From: an uncultured Acetobacteraceae bacterium
GTDB lineage: Bacteria; Pseudomonadota; Alphaproteobacteria; Acetobacterales; Acetobacteraceae
Length of the DNA stretch: 64,000 nt
Assembly (NCBI GenBank): GCA_964401305.1
Contig: CAYNYQ010000001.1
Span: 98-64,097 of the forward strand
Reading direction: 5' to 3'
The notes under the pieces are model-generated. The model ran no database searches, was not told the DNA's origin, and was given only the letters and a program-made list of their open reading frames with translations. Below, in pieces: positions 33,542 to 42,974 of this stretch (position 1 is the first letter of the stretch; each line of letters starts with the position of its first letter). The translations under genes and the position numbers were made by a program.

Positions 33542-34417
33542 TTAGTAGAGAAGGACGATGCGGCCCGGGTTGCCGTCTGCCCCGGACGCGCCGAGGCCCG
33601 CGCTGCCCGAGTAGTCGGCATCGCCTGAATTCGCGGGGCTGGACCCTGAGCCGGAGGTCATGACAGCATTCGCGGTCTGTGCCGGGTTGGCCCAGCTGGA
33701 GCCACCGCCACCATCAGCCTCGGTCGGACTGACCGAGTTGCGCCTACCACCCGCGCCGCCAAACCAGCCCGCACCGCCGCCGGAGCCAGCGTCATTGGTA
33801 CCGGGGCCGGGGTCGCCCGCGCCGCCACGCAGCCATGAGCCGGAGGAGGCGCTGTAGCCGCCGTCCGCCGTGCCTCCTGCGCTCTGCGAGCCGTCGCGCG
33901 TCCCGCCGCTGAGGCCGACGCCGGGACGGGGTGAGGAGCCTGCGCCGCCACCTGCGCCCGCGACGAGCAGGACGGTGATGTTGCCCTGTACGTCCTTGCG
34001 GGCGACCATGGTGAGGCCCCCGCCCCATGCCCCGTGACGGGCCTGGCCGGAATCGAGGCCGCCGGGCGCTCCGGTGAAGCGGGCCTTGGACGCACTGTAG
34101 TCGCCATGGGCCAGCGCCGCCTCGAGGCCACCCGCGCCGACCGTGCAGAGGATCGTATCCCCCGCTGCCACGGCGAAGTCAGCCTGCGCGAACGCGCCGC
34201 CCCCGCCTGCCGTGCCACCATATCCGGCCCCGCCTGCCGCGCCCCACGTCTTGGCGCGGAACACGGACTTCCCGGCGGGAACGGCGAACTCGTAGTAGCC
34301 GAACGCGCCGTAGGCCTGCACGCCGCCGGTGCTGACGAAGGGCGGGATGACGCTGTACGGCGTGGCAATGCCGGGCCGTGCCAGTCGGCGGGCGGCGTAT
34401 GGGGTGAGAAGCCTCAT
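33542..34417 (-). CDS. glycine-rich tail-associated protein
   Basis: 291 aa. GAAGGAGYGGTAGGGGAF and many further Gly runs. Position in the tail-tip block. Confidence 0.6.
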   Translation of the reverse strand: MRLLTPYAARRLARPGIATPYSVIPPFVSTGGVQAYGAFGYYEFAVPAGKSVFRAKTWGAAGGAGYGGTAGGGGAFAQADFAVAAGDTILCTVGAGGLEAALAHGDYSASKARFTGAPGGLDSGQARHGAWGGGLTMVARKDVQGNITVLLVAGAGGGAGSSPRPGVGLSGGTRDGSQSAGGTADGGYSASSGSWLRGGAGDPGPGTNDAGSGGGAGWFGGAGGRRNSVSPTEADGGGGSSWANPAQTANAVMTSGSGSSPANSGDADYSGSAGLGASGADGNPGRIVLLY

Positions 34418-34419
34418 GG

Positions 34420-34785
34420 TCAGGCCGTCAGGTCTTGGCGCGTCACCTTGCCGACGATGGCGAGGCTGGTGCTGTCGTCGGAGGAGAGGCCCTGCAGGAC
34501 GACACCACCCTTCAGGGTGAACGTACCGATGGGGAGCGCGCCGTCGCTGCCTGCCGTGCCCTTGCCGGGAACGGTGAAGGTCATGACGTCGGGATGGGAG
34601 GAACTGCCGAAGCGCAGGGTCAGGGTGCGCGGCGAGTTGTTGGAGTTGAATACGGACAGCTCGATGTCGTCGGTCTGGTCGGCGTCACTGGTCGCGGTGT
34701 GAATCGTCGTCGCCGTCGTGGCGATGGCGATCGGTCGTCCGTTGGTCGAGCCGGAAAGGGGAGTGCGGGTAACGGTGCGTGCCAT
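34420..34785 (-). CDS. tail-associated hypothetical protein
   Basis: 121 aa with an ATG start. Confidence 0.55.
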   Translation of the reverse strand: MARTVTRTPLSGSTNGRPIAIATTATTIHTATSDADQTDDIELSVFNSNNSPRTLTLRFGSSSHPDVMTFTVPGKGTAGSDGALPIGTFTLKGGVVLQGLSSDDSTSLAIVGKVTRQDLTA

Positions 34786-34800
34786 AAATCTCCTTTGAAA

Positions 34801-35448
34801 TCAGGCGAAGAGGGATGCGCCGAGGTAGATCGTCACCTCGTCGATGGATGGGCTGAGGTCGGTGTTGGTGATGGACTTCCCGTCGCCGTCGAGATTGGCG
34901 GCGAGCTTCGGGGCCGGATCGTCGAACAGCGAGGCGATGCCGGTCGCTGGTCCCTTCGGGCCGGTGGTCACGAGAATCCAGTCGGCGTAGGTGCCAGCGC
35001 CCGCGCCTTCCTGCACGATCAGGGTGATCGAGTTCGTCGCGCTGACCGTGTCGATCGCGCTGACATAGCCCCACATATAGACGGAGAGGTCCGCGGTCGG
35101 GCTGGCCTTGAGCCAGTCGCCGGGTCGGATCGGCACGTCGGGATCGAGGTCCTGCGCCACGCTAAAGGTACGGGTGCCGCTCGTCGTGACGGTGAGTGAG
35201 CTGGTGCTGGTCGCCCGCAGGCGGCTGGAGACGGCACCGGCGGAGCGGTCGGCCTCGTCGGCGCAGAGGTCGAAGAAGCGGGCGCAGCCGTTGAGGAACG
35301 TGGCCCCGTCATTCACGGCGCGGGTCAAATTCACCTTGTAGCCGCGTGACGCCATCCCGAACGGGTTGGTCACCACGTTGTACGGGTTCGGGTTGTAGAA
35401 CGGGCCGCGCGTCAGGGCGTCCAGCTCGGCAGCGGTGAATTCGGCCAT
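34801..35448 (-). CDS. tail-associated hypothetical protein
   Basis: 215 aa. The start overlaps the upstream stop. Confidence 0.55.
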   Translation of the reverse strand: MAEFTAAELDALTRGPFYNPNPYNVVTNPFGMASRGYKVNLTRAVNDGATFLNGCARFFDLCADEADRSAGAVSSRLRATSTSSLTVTTSGTRTFSVAQDLDPDVPIRPGDWLKASPTADLSVYMWGYVSAIDTVSATNSITLIVQEGAGAGTYADWILVTTGPKGPATGIASLFDDPAPKLAANLDGDGKSITNTDLSPSIDEVTIYLGASLFA

Positions 35449-36314
35449 CAGATAACCTCTTTGATGCTGATCGGAATGCGGTCGTGCGCCGCCGTGGCGA
35501 GCGCGAGCAGGTCAAGCTGCTGCAGGCGCGCGAGATAGGCGGTGCGAAGCAGCTGCAGCTCGTCGTCGGGGTCGGCCCAGAAGAAGAACGGGCGGGACAC
35601 GCCATGCTGGCGCTGCGTCTCGTAGAACTGGCCAAGCGCGGTCTCCCGGCTCACGTAGGCCAATTCCCCGGTGAGGACGCGGGGCTGGCCGCGCTCCTCG
35701 AAATACTCAACGCCGCCATCGCCCTCGGTGACGACGGTGCGGGACGTGAAGCCGTAGCTTGAGCCGAAGCTCAGCCCGATGGGGAAGGGCCGCGCCGTGG
35801 CAGGCTCGCACAGGCCAAGCTCGACATAGCCGGCCGGATTGCCCTGATCGTTGATCTGCACCTCGAAGGCGCGGGTCGGCCAGTTGTCCGGGATGTTGAG
35901 CGGGCGGTTCAGCCGCGCCCCGACCAGCTCCTCGTCGGTGTAGGTCGCGTCCCAGAGGTTGCCGCTATCCCAGTCGCACTCCTCGGCGTCCTCGGGATAG
36001 ATCTCCGGCATGACGGGCAGGACGCCGGAATCGTAGAGCAGCTCGGTGCGGCCCGCGTCGAAGAACAGGCGCACCCGGTAGGTCGCGTACTTGGTCAGGT
36101 TGTGGCGGCACAGCGCGACCAGGCCGATCTTGCGCGTGTCGCTGAACGTGCCGACGAAGGTGGTATCGATGGTGTTCAGCGAAGCGCTGCGCCAGACCCG
36201 CGCCACGGGCAGCACGCCGAGATGCGAGACGGGGTATCCGGGGGCGGATGCGCCGGAGCTGGTGAACACGCATTCGTCACGCCAGCTCGGCAGCCCTGCA
36301 AGAGGTGGTGCCAT
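35448..36314 (-). CDS. tail tip/baseplate-like protein
   Basis: ATG at 36314, 3 nt after the upstream stop. The longer track ORF (to 37064) overlaps the neighbouring gene out of frame. Confidence 0.6.
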   Translation of the reverse strand: MAPPLAGLPSWRDECVFTSSGASAPGYPVSHLGVLPVARVWRSASLNTIDTTFVGTFSDTRKIGLVALCRHNLTKYATYRVRLFFDAGRTELLYDSGVLPVMPEIYPEDAEECDWDSGNLWDATYTDEELVGARLNRPLNIPDNWPTRAFEVQINDQGNPAGYVELGLCEPATARPFPIGLSFGSSYGFTSRTVVTEGDGGVEYFEERGQPRVLTGELAYVSRETALGQFYETQRQHGVSRPFFFWADPDDELQLLRTAYLARLQQLDLLALATAAHDRIPISIKEVI

Positions 36315-36316
36315 GT

Positions 36317-37897
36317 CTAACCGAAAATCTTGATCTCGGCGGTCCGGGTGTTGTCGCGCACGCGGATGCCGTGAATGATGAAGTCCTTGCCGTTCGCCAT
36401 GCCCTGAAGCGGCTGGGTGATCCTGATCTCCGCCCCGATCTCGAGCAGTGCCGCGAACTCGGGGCCGAAGCTGACCGTGGCCTGCCAGAACCGGCGCTTC
36501 GTGCCGAACAGGGCGGCGAACACGTCGCGCAGCGCCTCGGCGTCGGCTTCGGAGGCGAGCAGGGTGTCGAAGGTCAGCGTCTCGGCGTTGCCGTACTGCG
36601 CCGCGATGGCCGCATCGGTGGCCGGGTCGGTGGTGCGCCATGCCTCGGTGAGGAAGGCGCGATCCTCGTCGCTCACCGCGTCGGCGATATCGGCCGCGCT
36701 GTGGACGGTCCAGTTCGGGGCGTAGCGGACGCTGACCTCCTTGGCCGGCATCCATGCCTCCCCGATCACCGGCTCGCAGGTGATCAGGTCGCCCTCGTTC
36801 GTCGCGGCGGCGGTGAGCAGCCCGAAGCGCTGGAAACGGGCGACGGGGGTGCCGGTCGGCGCGGCGATGCGCCTGATGCGGTACTGGCCGAGCCGGTCGG
36901 GGACATAGACCGCCGCGATGGAGGCGGCGAGGCGGTCGCACACCTCGCGGTACGTGATCTCCCCGTCCACGTAGAACCCGGCCTCGTAGGGCGCGGCGGC
37001 GTTCAGGGCGGTCAGGTCGGCGGCATTGATGTCGCCCAGCGCCACCCCGGCGTCGAGCAGCCATGCCTTGAGCAGGTTGGCCGCGTAGCGCTCAGCGGCG
37101 GCGTCTTCGATCGTCACGTCCACTGTGACCGGCCCGCCGTTGAGGCCGGCCGAGCCGCCCATCATGACCAGGCTTTCGGCCTTGCACGTGTTGTACGTCC
37201 CGCCGGTTGGGGTCGAGGCGGCGAGGAGGGCAGCGGTGGCGTAGTCGGTGCCGAATGTCCATTCGCTGCCCCGGAACCGCACTGCATCGATGCTGTGGGT
37301 CGGGGCGCGGTTGCCGTCCTTGTCGAAGTTCCAGCCGTAGATCCGCAGCGAGGCGTTCAGCAGCTTCGGGCGGATGGCCTTCAGCACGCCACAGGCCCGG
37401 GGCTTGCGCTGCCCTTTGAGGTCGGCGGGCAGGCCTTCCAGCCCGGTGGTGCCGGAGTTGGTCCCGGCGAAGGTCGCGGGGCTGGCCAGCTCGTCCAGCT
37501 CGCGCAGCCTGCCTTCCCAGAGCAGGGAGAAGCGCTGGCTGCCCGGCTGCAGGTCGGCGCAGCGGGCCGAGACGACCGTGACGAAGTCTGCGTACGGGGC
37601 CGTGGCCTCGCCGAGTTTCAGCGTGGCGGGCTGGCCAAAGCCGAGATCGAGCCATGCGTCAAAGCGGCCGTCGTTGACCGCAGTCACATCGCCGAACTGG
37701 ATGTCTCCCGCGCCGAATTCCCGGTTGGCGAAGACGGAGCGCTGCACCGCGATGCCGGAGGATTCGGCGGCGATGGCAGGCTCGAAGAACCCGGGCGCGG
37801 TCGGGTGGGCGTAACCCTCCCCGGTGCTCAGGCGGATCGGGACAGTGGCGGCGCTGTCGTCCTTGCCCGTGGTCTCGTAGAGGTAGATCAGGCCCAT
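36317..37897 (-). CDS. distal tail / tail tip protein
   Basis: 526 aa immediately after the tape measure gene (10-nt overlap). Confidence 0.65.
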   Translation of the reverse strand: MGLIYLYETTGKDDSAATVPIRLSTGEGYAHPTAPGFFEPAIAAESSGIAVQRSVFANREFGAGDIQFGDVTAVNDGRFDAWLDLGFGQPATLKLGEATAPYADFVTVVSARCADLQPGSQRFSLLWEGRLRELDELASPATFAGTNSGTTGLEGLPADLKGQRKPRACGVLKAIRPKLLNASLRIYGWNFDKDGNRAPTHSIDAVRFRGSEWTFGTDYATAALLAASTPTGGTYNTCKAESLVMMGGSAGLNGGPVTVDVTIEDAAAERYAANLLKAWLLDAGVALGDINAADLTALNAAAPYEAGFYVDGEITYREVCDRLAASIAAVYVPDRLGQYRIRRIAAPTGTPVARFQRFGLLTAAATNEGDLITCEPVIGEAWMPAKEVSVRYAPNWTVHSAADIADAVSDEDRAFLTEAWRTTDPATDAAIAAQYGNAETLTFDTLLASEADAEALRDVFAALFGTKRRFWQATVSFGPEFAALLEIGAEIRITQPLQGMANGKDFIIHGIRVRDNTRTAEIKIFG

Positions 37898-40800
37898 TTC
37901 AGCTCGTCGGTACGCGCCATGCGCTCCGTCAGCGAGTTGAGCTGGGCAAGCTGCTCGGCGCTGAGCTGGCCAGAGGCGGCCGTCACGCGGATCAGGGTCT
38001 GCACGTCGCTACGCAGGGAAGCGATATCGCTGCGGTTGTCATTCGCCGCCGTGCCACCGGGTACGAGGAACTGCGGCAGGCCCAGCGCGGCACCGGCTTG
38101 CAGGGCGCGGGCGTTGGCGGCCATGTCGGAGTTGAAGAACGCCGTGGCGTTGCCGTTGCCGAACTGCCCGGTGAACCCGGACGCGCGGATGATGTTCATC
38201 GCCGTCTGGCTGTCCAGCTGGCCGGAGGCGATGGCCTGCTGAAATAGGGTGTTCGCGTTCACGCCGGACACGGCGGGGCCGCCGAAGGCGCGGCTCAGGA
38301 TGTCGGTCTGCTCCTCGGCCTGCGCGAGGATGTTCTCCATGATCGCGGCCTGCCGCTCGGCAACGGACTGGGCCGCCTCTGCGAGGGATTCGGTCAGGGC
38401 GCGGTCTTTCTCGAACTCCTCGTCGAAGCCGTTGACGGAGCCGGACAGCTCGAGGAACTGCGGCAGGAGCCGGGCCAGCTCCTCCTGAGCGGCGATGTCG
38501 CCAAGCTGGGCCCGTGCCCCGGCGCTCTGCACCATGCCCCGGAGCGAGGCGAGGTTGGCGGTGGGGGAGAGTGGGGTGTAGGTCCCGTTCCTGACCGACC
38601 AAAGGATGGAGCCGAACTGTTCGGCGGTCTGGCCGAAGCGGCGTCCAAGCTCCCCGGCCTTCCGCAGGCTATCCTGATAGGTCTTGTCGTTCTGCTGCAG
38701 GAGCCGTTGGACGTTCGCCTGGTGCAGGGCGGTGATCCGGGCGATGCCCTCCTGCGACACGCCCAGCTCGGTGGCGCGGGCGAGGTTCGCGGCGTGCTCG
38801 GCGCTGGCCTGTGCCATCGCGGCATATCCGGGGATGATCTGGTCGAGCAGGGCGCCATCGACCTGCTGCATGAAGGCCTTGCGGAGGTCGTCGCGGGTCA
38901 GCGCCTTTACGATCTCCTCGACGACCTCGGCGCTGGTCTTGCCTTCGGTGGAAAGCTCTCGCAGCGATGGGATCAGCTCGGCGTCCATGATGGCGGAGAG
39001 GTCGTCGGAGGCGTCGAGGACCAGCTTCAGGAACCGGGCCAGCCCGTTGTCGGCGTCGTTCGGGTCGAAGGTGACGGTGTCGAGCGGGTTGCGCTGCGAC
39101 CAGTCGCCGAAGCTGTAGAAGCCGGTGCCGTCATCCACGCCGCCCTGAAGGCCTTGGATGAAGTCGAGGTTCAGGCCCGCCGCCTGCATCGCGGCAAAGG
39201 ACTGCTGCAGCGCTCCGGCCATGCTGGACGCCGTGGAGGTGTCCATGTGCTTCGCCTGCAGGTTGGCGTTGCGGAAGTCGAGGCCGGTGGTGCCGAAGCT
39301 GCTGGCGGGATGCGGGCGAGGGCCGGAAAAGACACCAAGCATCTGGGCCGCCGTAAGCGCGAGGCCCGCGTATCCGAGGTAACCCGCAAGCCCGGTTGCT
39401 GCCCCGGCGGCCATGGGTGCGCCGCCTGCTGCCGCGACGCCCGGGCCGATAGCCGACGTATAGACCGGCAGGCCAAGCGTGGTGGCTCCGAAGCCGTTTA
39501 TCGCGGCGGTGATGCCGCTGGTGATGCCGGTAGCATTGCCGATCAGGCCGCCGCCCTGCGAGAGCAGGCTGCTGATGCCACTGCCGCCTGATGCACCGGA
39601 AAGGCCGCCGACTGACAGGCCGGAGAGGCTCGGCCCCAGCAGTTGCAGTGTCAGCGCTTCCGCGACGGCACGTTTCAGGGCGTTCTTCACGCCGCTGTAC
39701 AGCGATTTTCCAAAGGCCTCGATGCCGTCATCGGCATTGTCGAGGCCGTCATAGATGGCGTCGCTGACCGCGTTCTGGATATTGCGCGCGGCATTGATGA
39801 ACGGCTCGTTCATCGCTTCCGCGATGCGCTCGTTCTGGCGCTTGATCTCTTCGGCGACTTCCTCTGCGGCCTTCTTCGCCGCCTTCATGTTGGCCGTGGC
39901 GATGGTCTGCTCGCGCAGAAGCCTGACGTAGCGCTCCTGCTGCTCGTTGAGAGGGCCGAAGCGGTGGGTCAGTTCGTCGATGGCGTTGTCAAAGTCGAGC
40001 GCGGCCTTTTCGGCATCGCTCATGTGGACGGCGAGGAACTCGGTGTTGGACTCGACGCCCAGCTTGCGCAGGGCCTCCGCCAGCTTCTCAGCGTTCTTTG
40101 CTGCCTCGCCTGCCGCCTTCCCGGCCGCGGGGATGCCCTTGCCTCCCTTCCCGCCGACATCGTCCATGGCCCCCGCGGCGTCCTTCCCGGCGCTGGCGAG
40201 GTCTTGGAAGCGCTGGCGGAGGCCGTTCAGGGCCTCGCCTGCCACATCGTCGTCGATGATGCCGAGTGCGTTCTGCGCCCCGATCGACATGGTGGCAAAG
40301 CCCGTGACGGCGGTCTGGAGCAGGGTGCCGCCCCACTCGCCGAGCGTGGAGAGCAACTGCACCAGCGTGGCCGTCGCCTCGGAAGCCCCGTTGGCGATGT
40401 CCGCGATGGACTGGGTAATCATCGGGTTGGCCAAGGACTCGGCCATGGAATCGGCCGCGTCGGCGATGTTCTCCAGCAGCCCGCCCTGCGCGATGGTGTT
40501 GGCGGCTTCCTCCCATGAATTCTTGAAGCGGCCCATCGCGGCACGGGCGCTGTCTGCCGCCTCGCTCACGCCCCCGGCGAAGCGCTCGCGCATGCCTTTG
40601 GCGAACTTCGGGAGGAATTCCTCGGTGATGACCTCCCCGTTCTCCATCATCTTGATGAACTCGGCCGTGGTGACGCCGAGCGCCTGCGCGGCGATCTTCG
40701 TCGCGCCGGGGATGCGGTCGCCGAGCTGAAGCTTGAATTCCTCGGACATCACCGTGCCCTTGGAGATCATCTGCTCCAGTGCGCGGATCGCGCCTGCCGT

Positions 40801-41253
40801 GTCGGTGGCGGAGAGCCCCATGACGCTGGCGGCCTCGGCGACGGCGGTGAACACGTCGCGGATGCCGCGACCCTCGAGGCTCGTGTCCCGGGCAGCGGAT
40901 ACCAGCTTTGCGTAGGCGTTCGCCGTTTCCAGCGTGTTCAGGCCGAGTCGGTTGGTTTCCTCGCGCAGGAACGCGAATTCACGGGATGCCTGCTCGGTGG
41001 AGCCGGTCGCCGCCTTCAGCTGGATGTTGACGCGGTCGAACGCCATGCCGGTCTGGGCGATGGCCCGTACCGTGTTGACACCGAGATAGGTGCCGATCAC
41101 CCCGCCGAGGCGGGAGAAGCTCTGCTCAAGGCCCTTGTTGTTGCGCTGGACCCCTTTGGCGAAGGAGTCCATCTGCTTGTCGACCCGATGAATCGAGGCT
41201 TCAAGCTGATCGGTCTTCGCCCTCAGTTCGATGATCAGTTCGTCCAGCTTCAC
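37888..41253 (-). CDS. tail tape measure protein
   Basis: 1121 aa, Ala/Gly-rich helical sequence with hydrophobic Gly-rich central segments. Located after the G/GT chaperones. GTG start. Confidence 0.9.
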   Translation of the reverse strand: MKLDELIIELRAKTDQLEASIHRVDKQMDSFAKGVQRNNKGLEQSFSRLGGVIGTYLGVNTVRAIAQTGMAFDRVNIQLKAATGSTEQASREFAFLREETNRLGLNTLETANAYAKLVSAARDTSLEGRGIRDVFTAVAEAASVMGLSATDTAGAIRALEQMISKGTVMSEEFKLQLGDRIPGATKIAAQALGVTTAEFIKMMENGEVITEEFLPKFAKGMRERFAGGVSEAADSARAAMGRFKNSWEEAANTIAQGGLLENIADAADSMAESLANPMITQSIADIANGASEATATLVQLLSTLGEWGGTLLQTAVTGFATMSIGAQNALGIIDDDVAGEALNGLRQRFQDLASAGKDAAGAMDDVGGKGGKGIPAAGKAAGEAAKNAEKLAEALRKLGVESNTEFLAVHMSDAEKAALDFDNAIDELTHRFGPLNEQQERYVRLLREQTIATANMKAAKKAAEEVAEEIKRQNERIAEAMNEPFINAARNIQNAVSDAIYDGLDNADDGIEAFGKSLYSGVKNALKRAVAEALTLQLLGPSLSGLSVGGLSGASGGSGISSLLSQGGGLIGNATGITSGITAAINGFGATTLGLPVYTSAIGPGVAAAGGAPMAAGAATGLAGYLGYAGLALTAAQMLGVFSGPRPHPASSFGTTGLDFRNANLQAKHMDTSTASSMAGALQQSFAAMQAAGLNLDFIQGLQGGVDDGTGFYSFGDWSQRNPLDTVTFDPNDADNGLARFLKLVLDASDDLSAIMDAELIPSLRELSTEGKTSAEVVEEIVKALTRDDLRKAFMQQVDGALLDQIIPGYAAMAQASAEHAANLARATELGVSQEGIARITALHQANVQRLLQQNDKTYQDSLRKAGELGRRFGQTAEQFGSILWSVRNGTYTPLSPTANLASLRGMVQSAGARAQLGDIAAQEELARLLPQFLELSGSVNGFDEEFEKDRALTESLAEAAQSVAERQAAIMENILAQAEEQTDILSRAFGGPAVSGVNANTLFQQAIASGQLDSQTAMNIIRASGFTGQFGNGNATAFFNSDMAANARALQAGAALGLPQFLVPGGTAANDNRSDIASLRSDVQTLIRVTAASGQLSAEQLAQLNSLTERMARTDELKWA

Positions 41254-41441
41254 TCAGGTCTCTTGCTCTTGGCGTTCTCGGCCTTCATCCATGCGCGGAT
41301 GTCCGCGATCTCGGAGGCAGTCAGTTTCGGCGGCTTCTTGTCCTTGATGCCGTTGGCCCGCTTCCACCCGGTCAGGGCGCGGTGCACGTCATGCAGGGTG
41401 GCGCGGTAGAAGGCGTCGGGCGTCCAGCGCAGGACGCCCAT
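41250..41441 (-). CDS. tail assembly chaperone, T part (also reachable by -1 frameshift from G)
   Basis: MGVLRWTPDAFYRATLHDVHRALTGW resembles the GTA-type TIGR02216 family. Its frame is open upstream across the 3' end of 41462..41824. Confidence 0.7.
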   Translation of the reverse strand: MGVLRWTPDAFYRATLHDVHRALTGWKRANGIKDKKPPKLTASEIADIRAWMKAENAKSKRPE

Positions 41442-41461
41442 GGCGAATTCCGCGTAGGCGT

Positions 41462-41824
41462 CTATCCAGTGGCCTTCGCGGGCTTCTTCTTTCCCACGGC
41501 GCGTTCCACCTTCGGGAAGACGCCGTTCAGGAAGCGGAGGCTGGCGCTGAACAGCGGCTTCTTCGGGTTCTGCAGATCAGCTAGCATCGCCTCGGCGACG
41601 TCATCGAAGGACACGTCCTTCACGTCGTTGGCCCGAAGCGCCTGGTAGAGCACCGTGGCATTCAGGCCGACGCCGAGCTGCATGGCCTCCATGCCGACCT
41701 GCAGGATCGGCTTGCCGGTGGCCTGCTCGATGGCAAGGATCGCCTTCACGTTCGGCAGGATGGTGTATTCCGTGCCGTCGAGCGTGAAGCTCACCTCGCC
41801 GCGGGTATGGGTCGCGTCAGTCAT
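41462..41824 (-). CDS. tail assembly chaperone G (GTA-type)
   Basis: 120 aa between the major tail and tape measure genes. FTLDGTEYTILPNVKAILAIEQATGKPI is GTA-chaperone-like. Confidence 0.75.
   Translation of the reverse strand: MTDATHTRGEVSFTLDGTEYTILPNVKAILAIEQATGKPILQVGMEAMQLGVGLNATVLYQALRANDVKDVSFDDVAEAMLADLQNPKKPLFSASLRFLNGVFPKVERAVGKKKPAKATG
41489..41495 (-). other. -1 programmed ribosomal frameshift slip site GGGAAAG
   Basis: On the minus strand this reads G GGA AAG in the G frame. The -1 frame continues ...GKEEAREGHWIDAYAEFAMGVLRW into the T ORF without a stop. Confidence 0.7.
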
Positions 41825-41829
41825 GACGG

Positions 41830-42249
41830 TTACGCGGACTGGGTGTTGGTCACGGCCCCGGCGGACTCGAACGAGACGTTGTAGGTCTGCGCCCCGCCCT
41901 CATCGCCTGCCAGCGCCATGCTGGTGACCTGGAACGTGCCGACGAACTTGTCGCCGGCGGCGGTGCCATAGACGATCTCGAGGTTCACATGGGTCTGCGC
42001 CATGGCGGCGGTCAGCAGGGCATTGAGGCCCGCGCTGTCGTCGAAGATGCCGTTGCCGGACACGGAGACGGAGCGCACGCCAGCGCCCTGCAGGAGCTTG
42101 CGCACCCCGGCGTCGTCCTTCGTGGTGATATCGACGGGCGTGCTGTTGATGGTCAGGCTCTCAGCCGTCATGCCGCCGATGGCGGTATAAACGACGGGCG
42201 AACCTGCCCCGAGTTTGATGCGTAGGATGCGGCCGGAAGCTGCAGGCAT
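41830..42249 (-). CDS. major tail protein (TP901-1/GTA type)
   Basis: 139 aa with an AAGGAG RBS. LTINSTPVDITTKDDAG...VSVSGNGIF...F..SGA pattern of TIGR02126-like tail tube proteins. Confidence 0.8.
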   Translation of the reverse strand: MPAASGRILRIKLGAGSPVVYTAIGGMTAESLTINSTPVDITTKDDAGVRKLLQGAGVRSVSVSGNGIFDDSAGLNALLTAAMAQTHVNLEIVYGTAAGDKFVGTFQVTSMALAGDEGGAQTYNVSFESAGAVTNTQSA

Positions 42250-42277
42250 GGGTAATCTCCTTGGTTAAATGAGTCGG

Positions 42278-42844
42278 TTAGGTGAAAAGCGAGGGGTAAG
42301 ACTCCTTGCAGAAGCCGAGGCCACGAAGCAGCGCCACGTCGGCGGCGTATCGCTCGAACGTGGGGGCGTCGTACGTGCCGACCGGGTGGCGGTAGGGCTC
42401 GCCATCGGCCCAGTGGCCCGGGGCTGCGTCGAAGCCGAGGAGGATCACCTCCTCCGCGCCGAGCAGGCGGGCCAGCACGGCGGCCTTGATGCCGGAGTTG
42501 CTGTTCGCGGCGGAGAAGGTCCTGCGGCCCTTCTTCACGGTCAGCGTGTCAGGATCGACGTAGCGGATGCGCGGATGGTTTCCAGCGGCGAGGGCAGGGG
42601 CCGTGCTGAACAGGTGCAGGCCCTTGAAGCGCCAGAAGTCGGCGGCCGGGTTGTTCACGTCGCGCCAGTGCGCGTAGAAGCCGTCGTCGCCGAAGAAGAA
42701 CGCGGTGGCGAAGGGCAGCTTCAGGAAGGCGAGGTTCACCGCCATGGTCTGCTCGCCGTGCAGCTTGCTCCAGTCGAGGTCCTTCAGCGATGCGCCACCG
42801 CCGATGACGTACACGGGGCGTTCGGGGTTGAAGATCGGGTCCAT
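42278..42844 (-). CDS. DUF115/MAF-like Rossmann protein (putative glycosyl/sugar transferase-like) in tail module
   Basis: VYVIGGGASLKDLDW...AVNLAF...FFGDD and SNSGIKAAVLARLLGAEEVILLGFD fit the DUF115-type two-block pattern. ATG at 42844 is preferred over the GTG at 42874. Confidence 0.45.
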   Translation of the reverse strand: MDPIFNPERPVYVIGGGASLKDLDWSKLHGEQTMAVNLAFLKLPFATAFFFGDDGFYAHWRDVNNPAADFWRFKGLHLFSTAPALAAGNHPRIRYVDPDTLTVKKGRRTFSAANSNSGIKAAVLARLLGAEEVILLGFDAAPGHWADGEPYRHPVGTYDAPTFERYAADVALLRGLGFCKESYPSLFT

Positions 42845-42846
42845 GG

Positions 42847-42972
42847 TCAGAGGCTCGGTTGGTGACAGATGCACAGGAAGATCAGGACGGCGATCACCAC
42901 GGCGGCGCTGGCGAGCACGGCGGTGAAGATGTCCGCCTGAAAGTCGTCGTCACGTTCGCAATGGTGGCACAT
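42847..42972 (-). CDS. possible small membrane protein (not in ORF track as separate ORF)
   Basis: ATG at 42972. MCHHCERDDDFQADIFTAVLASAAVVIAVLIFLCICHQPSL has one TM and fills the gap between two genes. Confidence 0.3.
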   Translation of the reverse strand: MCHHCERDDDFQADIFTAVLASAAVVIAVLIFLCICHQPSL

Positions 42973-42974
42973 GG

